A DNA stretch of 63,677 nt, the filler included, from Candidatus Woesearchaeota archaeon (GTDB lineage: Archaea > Nanobdellota > Nanobdellia > SCGC-AAA011-G17 > CAYFGV01), in NCBI GenBank assembly GCA_964342845.1. It is 4 parts of 4 records of this genome, joined end to end, with 100 filler letters (N's around TTAATTAATTAA, not from the genome) between each part and the next. Parts side by side here need not be neighbours in the genome. Positions count along the whole stretch, not along the records: positions 50,008 to 63,677 come from CAYFGV010000016.1; 3 more parts are not named here. One strand, written 5' to 3'. Position numbers and translations under genes: made by a program. The stretch's first letter is position 1; every line of letters begins with the position of its first letter. Shown here piece after piece: positions 56,536 through 63,677 of this stretch. The notes beneath the pieces were generated by a model. That model was not told the origin of the DNA. It ran no database searches and saw only the letters and a list, made by a program, of their open reading frames with translations.

Positions 56536-58005
56536 ATGAAAGATTTGATTGATAAGTTACATCCTTTGGAGAGGAGTTTAATTAGTTTTTTGAAAAATGG
56601 TAAGAGCGTTAAAGAATTAAGTTCTGAAAGTGGTTTAAAAGAGATTGAAGTTACAAGAGCTATTCAGTGGTTAGAAAATAAGAATGTTTTAAAGATTAAG
56701 AGTTCTGTTAAAGAGGTTATTTCTTTGGATAAGAATGGGGAAAAATATTTGAAAGAAGGTTTGCCTGAGAGGAAGTTTTTAGAGAGTTTGAAAGGAGAGA
56801 TGGGTTTAGATAAATTACAGCAAGTTAGTGGTTTAGATAAAAATGAAGTGAATATTTCTTTGGGTTTATTAAAGAAGAAAGGATGTATTGGTTTTGATAA
56901 TGGTTTGATTTCTATAACAGAAACTGGTAAAGGTTTTTTAAGTAAGACTTCTTTAGAAGAAAAGTTTTTTTCTGTGTTGCCTTTAGAGATTAAAGAGTTA
57001 AGTGATGAAGAGAAGTATGCTTTTAATGAGTTGAAGAAGAGGAAGCAAATTGTTAAGGTTGATATGGTTAAGGAGAAGGTGATTACTTTGACTAAGAGAG
57101 GTAAGGAGTTGAGTAAGTTGAAATTGAAAGGAAAGTATATTGAGAGTTTAACTCCTGCTATGCTTAAGAGTGGATATTGGAAAGGGAAGAAGTTTAGAAA
57201 GTATGATGTTTCTGTTAATGTTCCTAAGGTTTATGCTGGAAAAAGACATTTTGTTAAAGAAGCAAATAATCTTATGAAAAAAATTTGGGTTGAGATGGGA
57301 TTTAAAGAGATGACTGGTGATATTGTTAATTCTGGTTTTTGGAATTTTGATGCTTTATTTACTGCACAGGATCATCCTGTTAGAGAAATGCATGATACTT
57401 TTTTTGTTAAATCTAAAAGTAAGTTGCCTAAGTTGTCTTCTAATGTTAAAAAAATGCATGAAGATGTTTGGGGATATAAATGGGATGCTAAAGAAGCTGA
57501 GAAAACTGTTTTACGTACTCATACTACTGTGTTAAGTGCTAAGACTTTGGCTGAGTTAAAGGAATTTCCTGCTAAGTTTTTTGCTTTGGGAAGAAATTAT
57601 AGAAATGAAGCTTTGGATTGGTGTCATTTGTTTGAGTTAAATCAGACTGAAGGTATAGTTGTAGATGAAGGAGCTAATTTTAGACATTTACTTGGTTATT
57701 TGAAGCAGTTTTTTAGTAAGATGGGTTATGAAAAGGTTAGATTTAGACCTGCTTATTTTCCATATACAGAGCCTTCTGTTGAAATAGATGTTTATGTTCC
57801 AGAGAAGGGTACTTGGATGGAGCTTGGTGGTGCTGGTATTTTTAGACCTGAAGTTGTGATTCCTTTGTTAGGCAAATGGGTTCCTGTTTTGGCTTGGGGG
57901 CCTGGTTCAGATAGAATTTTAATGGGTTATTATGGTTTGAAAGATATTAGAGATTTATTTAAGAATGATTTGAAACAGCTAAAAGAGATGAAGTGTTGGG
58001 TATAA
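56536..58005 (+). CDS. pheS: Phenylalanine--tRNA ligase alpha subunit
   Basis: WNFDALF..QDHP, LRTHTT, YFPYTEPS, ELGGAG. Confidence 0.96.
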   Translation: MKDLIDKLHPLERSLISFLKNGKSVKELSSESGLKEIEVTRAIQWLENKNVLKIKSSVKEVISLDKNGEKYLKEGLPERKFLESLKGEMGLDKLQQVSGLDKNEVNISLGLLKKKGCIGFDNGLISITETGKGFLSKTSLEEKFFSVLPLEIKELSDEEKYAFNELKKRKQIVKVDMVKEKVITLTKRGKELSKLKLKGKYIESLTPAMLKSGYWKGKKFRKYDVSVNVPKVYAGKRHFVKEANNLMKKIWVEMGFKEMTGDIVNSGFWNFDALFTAQDHPVREMHDTFFVKSKSKLPKLSSNVKKMHEDVWGYKWDAKEAEKTVLRTHTTVLSAKTLAELKEFPAKFFALGRNYRNEALDWCHLFELNQTEGIVVDEGANFRHLLGYLKQFFSKMGYEKVRFRPAYFPYTEPSVEIDVYVPEKGTWMELGGAGIFRPEVVIPLLGKWVPVLAWGPGSDRILMGYYGLKDIRDLFKNDLKQLKEMKCWV

Positions 58006-58044
58006 AGATTTTAAAGGAATAATAAAAAAGAAGTTAATTTTCTT

Positions 58045-58431
58045 CTATTCTTCATCAACTAACTTGTTTTTTTCTATCCAGCTAGAGAATTCGTATTCAT
58101 CAAATAATTCGTCTTTTTTCTCATTACAGAATTTCTCCAAATTGAAATCAAAATCCTCCATATAGAATTCTACTCCAATTCTTTTAAGCAAAGATTCATC
58201 AGTTACTTCCTCTACTGTCGCAATCTTTGTATTCGGATTATATTCTACCATCCTGTATGCTTTATCAGGTGCCATTATTCTTTCTCCTATATGTTTAGGA
58301 TTTTCAAACTCTTCTTTCATGACTATATAATGATTTCCTTTTACATTAATCCCGAGAACATCAAGAGATCCTACTGTTTCAGTTATTCCTCTTTTAGGAT
58401 TATAATCTTCTATTTCCATTCTTTTTAACAT
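58045..58431 (-). CDS. Hypothetical protein inserted after pheS
   Basis: GGAGG RBS before ATG 58431; preceded by repeat B. Confidence 0.65.
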   Translation of the reverse strand: MLKRMEIEDYNPKRGITETVGSLDVLGINVKGNHYIVMKEEFENPKHIGERIMAPDKAYRMVEYNPNTKIATVEEVTDESLLKRIGVEFYMEDFDFNLEKFCNEKKDELFDEYEFSSWIEKNKLVDEE

Positions 58432-58468
58432 ATTATTTCCCTCCAAATTTAATTAAAATTAAGAGGTC

Positions 58469-58505
58469 TTTTCTCTTTATAAATCTTTCGTTTTTGTTAC
58501 TACTT
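58469..58505 (-). repeat. Repeat B copy 1 (37-bp promoter element)
   Basis: AAGTAGTAACAAAAACGAAAGATTTATAAAGAGAAAA; 35/37 identical to 63288-63324. Confidence 0.85.
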
Positions 58506-58607
58506 TTAAAAAATAAATAAGTTTCTAAGAAAATGTTTTTTAAAATAAAATACTAGAATTTTGGAATATTGTAAGTATAAGCTCCGATGGCTTTATTTAC
58601 AGAAAAA

Positions 58608-58662
58608 AGCTAGTAACTTCTTAGCATTGCAAGGATTTTTACACGTGCGTGAGGTTTATAAA
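58608..58662 (+). repeat. Repeat A copy 3
   Basis: AGCTAGTAACTTCTTAGCATTGCAAGGATTTTTACACGTGCGTGAGGTTTATAAA; 44-45/55 identical to copies 1 and 2, ungapped. Confidence 0.9.
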
Positions 58663-58683
58663 GTTGTTAAGCTACCTTATATT

Positions 58684-59529
58684 ATGGATAAAGATGAAGC
58701 TTTAGTTGTATTTCAGGGAAAAGAGATTAGGAGATTGTGGTATAAAGATGAATGGTTTTTCTCGGTGGTTGATGTTGTTAGTGTTTTAGTAGATTCTTCT
58801 GATTCTAGAAAGTATTGGAATAAATTGAGTCAAAGATTAAGAGACGAAGGAAGTGAAGTGGTGACAAATTGTCACCGGTTGAAATTAGTTGCTGAAGATG
58901 GTAAATTAAGAGAAACTGATTGCGCTAATACAGAAAATATGTTTAGAATTATTCAATCTATTCCTTCTAAAAAAGCTGAACCTTTTAAAAGATGGTTAGC
59001 AGAGGTTGGTTATGAAAGGGTGCAAGAGATAGAGAATCCTGAATTAGCTCAAGATAGGGCTAAGAAATATTATGAACTTAAAGGATATCCTAAAGATTGG
59101 ATTGATAAAAGAATAAGAGGAATAGCAATAAGACAAGAATTAACAGATGAATGGAAACAAAGAGGTGTTAAAGAAAATAAAGAGTTTGCTATTTTAACAA
59201 ATGAAATTTCTCAAGCTACATTTGGTGTGCCAATTAAATCTCATAAAAAGATTAAAGGTTTAGATCCTAAGTTTAAAAATCAAAATTTAAGAGATCATAT
59301 GACAGATTTAGAATTAATTTTTGGTATGCTTGGAGAAAGATTAACAACAGAATCAACAAGGAAAAGAAATGCTCAAGGTTTTGTGCAAAGTAAGAAAGCT
59401 GCAAAAGAAGGTGGTAGGATAGCAGGAAGAGCAAGAGAAGATGCTGAAAAGAGTTTAGATATTAAAGTTGTTTCAGAAGAGAGTTATTTACCTAGAAAAA
59501 AGAAAGTTTTAAAAGACAGGGTTGTTTAA
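58684..59529 (+). CDS. Bro-N domain / phage antirepressor-like protein (start MDKDEA)
   Basis: IRR.W...EWFFSVVDVV, QSIPSKKAEPFKRWLA, QNLRDHMTDLELI. Confidence 0.85.
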   Translation: MDKDEALVVFQGKEIRRLWYKDEWFFSVVDVVSVLVDSSDSRKYWNKLSQRLRDEGSEVVTNCHRLKLVAEDGKLRETDCANTENMFRIIQSIPSKKAEPFKRWLAEVGYERVQEIENPELAQDRAKKYYELKGYPKDWIDKRIRGIAIRQELTDEWKQRGVKENKEFAILTNEISQATFGVPIKSHKKIKGLDPKFKNQNLRDHMTDLELIFGMLGERLTTESTRKRNAQGFVQSKKAAKEGGRIAGRAREDAEKSLDIKVVSEESYLPRKKKVLKDRVV

Positions 59530-59537
59530 ATTAAAAC

Positions 59538-60071
59538 ATGACTATGAAACATTTATGGCATGATATAGATCCTGGAAAGTTAGGTAAAATAAAAGCTGTT
59601 GTGGAAATTCCTAAAGGTTCTGGAAATAAATACGAGTTGGATTTGGAGAGTGGTGGTGTTATGCTTTCTAGGGTTTTACATACTGCTTTCAAATATCCTG
59701 TTAATTATGGTTTTATTCCTAGAAGTTTAGCTAATGATGGGGATGCTTGTGATGTTTTAATTGTTGGGGAAGAGTTGTATCCTTTGACTTTGGTTGAGTT
59801 GAGAATTATTGGAATGTTAAAGATTAAAGATGGCAAAAACAAAGATGATAAATTAATTGGTGTTCCTTTGAAGGATCCTAATTTTAATGAGGTTAAGAGT
59901 TATGGTAAATTGCCTAGGAATTTCTTGAAAGAAATTGAACATTTTTTTACACATTATAAAGATTTGGAAGGGAAGAAGGTTAAAGTCGTTGGTTGGATTA
60001 GTGCTAGGAAAGCTTTAAAAGAATTAAGAAATAGTTTAGAGAGGTATAATGCCAAGTATAACACTGAGTAA
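59538..60071 (+). CDS. ppa: Family I inorganic pyrophosphatase
   Basis: EIPKGS.NKYE, YPVNYGFIP, DGDACD, DDKL, FFTHYKDLE. Confidence 0.93.
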   Translation: MTMKHLWHDIDPGKLGKIKAVVEIPKGSGNKYELDLESGGVMLSRVLHTAFKYPVNYGFIPRSLANDGDACDVLIVGEELYPLTLVELRIIGMLKIKDGKNKDDKLIGVPLKDPNFNEVKSYGKLPRNFLKEIEHFFTHYKDLEGKKVKVVGWISARKALKELRNSLERYNAKYNTE

Positions 60072-61644
60072 AAAGGATATTTTTGGATTAGTTGGAAAAA
60101 AAGTTTCTGATGATGTTTTAAAAGATAGGATTTCTATGATGGGAACTGATTTAGAAGGTGTTTCTGGTGATGAAATTAATGTTGAAATTTTTCCTAATAG
60201 ACCTGACATGTTAAATGCAGAAGGATTTGCTAGGGCTTTAAGTTCTTTTATAGGAGTTAAGACAGGTTTGAGGAAGTATAAAGTTAAGAAATCTAATTAT
60301 AAGGTTAAGGTTGATAAAAAAGTTGATAAGGTTAGACCTTATGTTGCTTGTGCTGTTGTTAAAAATGTTTGTTTAACTGATGCTGCTGTTCAAAGTTTAA
60401 TGCAAGTTCAAGAGAAATTGCATGCTACTCATGGAAGGAATAGGAAAAAGGTTTCTATTGGTGTTTATGATTTAGATACTATGAATTTTCCTTTGAATTA
60501 TACAACTAAAAAGAAGAATTTTAAGTTTATTCCTTTGGAAATGGATAAAGAGTTGAGTTTGAGTAGAATTTTAAGTGCTCATCCTAAGGGAAGAGATTAT
60601 GCTCATTTATTGGAAGGTTTTGATGAATATCCTATTTGGTTGGATGCTGAAGGAAAGGTTTTATCTATGCCGCCGATAATAAATTCTGAACATACTCGTG
60701 TTACTGATAAAACTAAGAATTTGTTTATAGATGCAACTGGTTTAGATTCTGTTGCTGTTGAAAAGGCTTTGAATATTTTGGTTACTGGTTTGTTGGATAG
60801 GGGTGCTGATGTTTATTCTATTAAAGTTGGTGGGAAGAGTTATCCTGATTTAGGTACTACTAAAATGAAGATTGATGTTAAGGCTGTGAATAAGTTGTTG
60901 GGGTTAGAGTTGAGGGATTTAGATGTTAAAAAGTTGTTAGGAAAGATGGGTTATGATGTTAAGCTTCCTTATGTTTCTGTGCCTTGTTATAGAGTTGATG
61001 TTATGAATAATGTTGATTTAGCTGAGGATGTTGCAATTGCTTATGGTTATGAGAATTTTTTAGAAGAGATTCCAAATGTTTCAACTATTGGTGAAGAAGA
61101 TTCTTTTGAAGTTTTTAAGGAAAAGGTTTCTTCTTTAATGGTTGGTTTTGGTTATATGGAAGTCAATACAAATAATTTAACTTCTGCTGAGAATCAATGT
61201 GAAGATGTGGTTGAGCTTGAGAATGCTTTAAATGTTGAGTATAATGTTTTGCGTCGTTGGATGATACCTAGTTTGTTAGAAGTTTTTAAGAATAATAAAC
61301 ATTACGAGTATCCGCAGAAGATTTATGAAGTTGGAGATGTTTTCTTAGATTCTAATGAAGAGAGTAATTTATGTGTTTTAAGTTGTCATTCAAAAGCTGG
61401 GTTTACTGAAGCTAAACAAATTTTAGATGGTGTTTTTAGGTTGTTGGGAGTAGATTGTAAGGTTGATTCAGTTGAAAGAGATCAGTTTATTTCTGGAAGG
61501 GTTGGTTTAATTATTGTTAAAGGTAAAAAAGTTGGGGTTGTTGGTGAGATTTGTCCTGGGCTTTTGGGTAAGTTTAAGTTAGAGAATCCTGTTTGTGGGT
61601 TTGAAATTAATTTGGATAGGTTGTTTAAGGTTTTGAAAGGTTAG
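60049..61644 (+). CDS. pheT: Phenylalanine--tRNA ligase beta subunit
   Basis: PNRPDML, QEKLH...GRNR, SMPPIINS, RVDV...DLAEDVAIAYGY. Confidence 0.95.
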   Translation: MPSITLSKKDIFGLVGKKVSDDVLKDRISMMGTDLEGVSGDEINVEIFPNRPDMLNAEGFARALSSFIGVKTGLRKYKVKKSNYKVKVDKKVDKVRPYVACAVVKNVCLTDAAVQSLMQVQEKLHATHGRNRKKVSIGVYDLDTMNFPLNYTTKKKNFKFIPLEMDKELSLSRILSAHPKGRDYAHLLEGFDEYPIWLDAEGKVLSMPPIINSEHTRVTDKTKNLFIDATGLDSVAVEKALNILVTGLLDRGADVYSIKVGGKSYPDLGTTKMKIDVKAVNKLLGLELRDLDVKKLLGKMGYDVKLPYVSVPCYRVDVMNNVDLAEDVAIAYGYENFLEEIPNVSTIGEEDSFEVFKEKVSSLMVGFGYMEVNTNNLTSAENQCEDVVELENALNVEYNVLRRWMIPSLLEVFKNNKHYEYPQKIYEVGDVFLDSNEESNLCVLSCHSKAGFTEAKQILDGVFRLLGVDCKVDSVERDQFISGRVGLIIVKGKKVGVVGEICPGLLGKFKLENPVCGFEINLDRLFKVLKG

Positions 61645-62587
61645 AAAATCTTTTGATAGACTCCTTTAGTTTTGGTATATCTTCATAAATTCCGTTTAGC
61701 ATTTCTTCTTCTGTGTTATACATCTGACTTGCATTTATCTTTTTCTTATAAATTAAGTTTAGTCTTTCTATTCTCCAATTTAGCATATCTAGACAATGAG
61801 TTAGATAAATAATTTCAAATTGTTTTTTTGCTTTTGTGGTTTTTTTGTAGTTATATTTATTAAGAAATAATTCTTTTCTTTTATTATTTAAATCATAAGC
61901 CCAAACAAAGAAAACCAAATCCCATTCTTTTAGGTCATATCTTACAAACTCCCAATCGATTAATTTTAGAGAACCTTTTTTGTAAAAAATATTTTGTCTT
62001 GTTGGATCTCCATGATTTAAGGAAAAATATCTTCTTTTGCTGAATATTTTGTCATTTTTATTTATTATTTTAAAAGAAGCTACAAATAGTTTATCTAATT
62101 CATCTAATGTTTCTTTATTTAATGTATTTTTGAATTTGTTGTATCTTCTTACGGTATGGTTTTTGATATATTTATTTAAAGAATATATATTTTTTTCTTT
62201 AGCTTTTGTTGGAATGTTGTTGGATTTATCTTTGTGTAATTTCTTGTACCACTCTGCCATTGATATTATAATGTCCTTTGTAATCTTTTCTGGGTGTTTT
62301 CCTTCTATAAATTCTTGTATTATAAAATCTCTTGGAATCAATTTTTTAGAGTTGTCAAAATAGTAAACTCTGGGTCCTAACCTTCCTTTTGTTTTCTTTA
62401 GAAAGTTATATTCTGTTTTTAAATTTTTGAATTGCAAGTTGTTTTCGATTCTTAAAACTAGTTTACCTTGCTTTGTTTCGATTAAATAGTTTTCGTTATG
62501 TCCTCCTCTTCCTAGTAGGTAATATTCTATTAGTTCTTTTTTTAGTTTTTTACAAATCTCTAATACTTGTGATTTTTTTATATTCAT
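61625..62587 (-). CDS. APH/choline-kinase-like phosphotransferase
   Basis: HGDPTRQN (Brenner motif) and IDWE. Confidence 0.85.
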   Translation of the reverse strand: MNIKKSQVLEICKKLKKELIEYYLLGRGGHNENYLIETKQGKLVLRIENNLQFKNLKTEYNFLKKTKGRLGPRVYYFDNSKKLIPRDFIIQEFIEGKHPEKITKDIIISMAEWYKKLHKDKSNNIPTKAKEKNIYSLNKYIKNHTVRRYNKFKNTLNKETLDELDKLFVASFKIINKNDKIFSKRRYFSLNHGDPTRQNIFYKKGSLKLIDWEFVRYDLKEWDLVFFVWAYDLNNKRKELFLNKYNYKKTTKAKKQFEIIYLTHCLDMLNWRIERLNLIYKKKINASQMYNTEEEMLNGIYEDIPKLKESIKRFSNLSKP

Positions 62588-62611
62588 AGGTTGTTTAATT
62601 AGATACTATAT

Positions 62612-62914
62612 TTAAATATGTTTCTGAAAATTATGTAAATATTTTTTAAGGTTTATTTTATTATTTTTAATTTCTATTCCTTCTTTTTTAAGAATTTCAA
62701 TTTTTTCTTTTGTACCTTTTGCAAATCCGCCGATTTCTCCATTAGATTTTATAATTCTATGACATGGCACTTCTTTGTGAGGGTTTTTGTTTAATGCGTT
62801 TCCAACTGCTCTGTAAGCTTTAGAGTTTAATGAGTGGGCTAAATCTTTATATGTAGAAATCTTTCCTTTTGGAATTTGTTTTGTTTTTTGGTAGACTTTT
62901 TGGGTGAAATCCAT
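62612..62914 (-). CDS. ogt: O6-methylguanine-DNA methyltransferase (single domain)
   Basis: RAVGNAL and the PCHR active site. Confidence 0.9.
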   Translation of the reverse strand: MDFTQKVYQKTKQIPKGKISTYKDLAHSLNSKAYRAVGNALNKNPHKEVPCHRIIKSNGEIGGFAKGTKEKIEILKKEGIEIKNNKINLKKYLHNFQKHI

Positions 62915-62938
62915 AAAAGAAAATAAGTAAGAAAGAAT

Positions 62939-63253
62939 TTAAATGTTTTTAGGTAGTGATAGTGTAACCCACGTATCTTTTCCTAATTTTAGTTCTAGCT
63001 CATTTCTAATTTTTTCTGTTGCTACTTTTCCTTCTGTATTTAGATCTGAAGTATAATCTTCTAATAATTTGATCTTTTCTTGAAATTCATTTTCATTTTC
63101 ATTATAGAAGTATCCACTAATTTCTGGATTTTTCGGACCTTTTTCTAAGAACCTAACATCTTCCCGAAAGTGGGTTTTGCATTGGTTTCCGAGCAAGAGC
63201 TCATATTTTTCTTTTTTTTTGGTTATTTTAAAATTTTCTTGTTCTATTTCCAT
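62939..63253 (-). CDS. Hypothetical protein
   Basis: 104-aa ORF with GGAG RBS, preceded by repeat B. Confidence 0.65.
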   Translation of the reverse strand: MEIEQENFKITKKKEKYELLLGNQCKTHFREDVRFLEKGPKNPEISGYFYNENENEFQEKIKLLEDYTSDLNTEGKVATEKIRNELELKLGKDTWVTLSLPKNI

Positions 63254-63287
63254 TTTATTTTCTCCTTTTTGTTAAAATTTAGGTGTT

Positions 63288-63324
63288 TTTTCTCTTTATA
63301 AACCTTTCGTTTTTGTTACCACTT
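63288..63324 (-). repeat. Repeat B copy 2
   Basis: AAGTGGTAACAAAAACGAAAGGTTTATAAAGAGAAAA. Confidence 0.85.
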
Positions 63325-63371
63325 CCAAGTCAATCTAATACTTTTAAATATTTTAAAATTAAATTTTTTTT

Positions 63372-63623
63372 ATGGAATATGATCTAGAGTTAGATAAAGT
63401 AGTTAAAGAAGTCAAAAAAATTAAAGCTAAAACTGTTTGTGTTCAATTACCAGATGGTTTAAAGCCTAAAGCAACTGAAGTTGTTGATTTTTTGAGGAAA
63501 AATACAAAAGCTGAGATTTTTATCTGGGGTGGAAGTTGTTATGGTGCTTGTGATGTTCCTAATGTAAAAGTAGATTTGTTAGTGCAATTTGGACATAATT
63601 CTAATTTGAAGATGGGGCAATGA
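63372..63623 (+). CDS. dph2: Stand-alone Dph2 N-terminal domain (83 aa)
   Basis: VQLPDGLK, SCYGACD, LVQFGH, then a stop; full Dph2 is about four times longer. Confidence 0.75.
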   Translation: MEYDLELDKVVKEVKKIKAKTVCVQLPDGLKPKATEVVDFLRKNTKAEIFIWGGSCYGACDVPNVKVDLLVQFGHNSNLKMGQ

Positions 63624-63677
63624 TGCATTGTTAAGTTAACGGGAGTTTTGATTTTAGGAACGAGTAAGTTCCTGGAT

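Noticed and set aside
45257..58561. 14-bp match AAATACTAGAATTT at about 45257 and 58548
   Set aside because: Short and AT-rich; plausible by chance
1..63677. CRISPR array, rRNA, integrase/transposase or alternative genetic code
   Set aside because: No regularly spaced repeats, rRNA-like tract or recombinase motifs seen; conserved genes end normally at TAA, TAG and TGA, so readthrough does not explain the lon split

Overview
Low-GC archaeal DNA of DPANN type (Woesearchaeota/Pacearchaeota-like, inferred from gene content). It consists of four contigs joined by artificial 100-nt N-TTAATTAATTAA-N linkers at 17407-17506, 34585-34684 and 49908-50007, so adjacency across these points is meaningless. 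Housekeeping genes include hef, cmk, lonB, cdc6 with an adjacent ORB-like origin, PolD DP1/DP2, alaS (part), leuS, rpl12, EF-1alpha (part), psmB, aCPSF1, a presenilin homologue, pheS/pheT and ppa, plus a type IV pilus-like ATPase/TadC locus. Best findings: (1) lonB is fractured into two intact genes carrying the N- and C-halves of a naturally split intein, with a free-standing LAGLIDADG gene and three cargo genes between them. (2) A 55-bp non-coding element ending in a TATA box recurs on three contigs, each time directly upstream of a selfish or accessory gene, including the one inside split lon; a second 37-bp promoter repeat behaves similarly. (3) An unannotated 27-aa ORF is coupled to a radical SAM/SPASM gene (candidate RiPP). 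(4) There are three more inteins (pilus ATPase, Cdc6, DP2), a tRNA-Arg(TCT) with two BHB introns, a tRNA-Cys with a D-loop intron, and a bacterial-type GAF/HD-GYP protein. All family calls come from reading motifs by eye, not from database searches.
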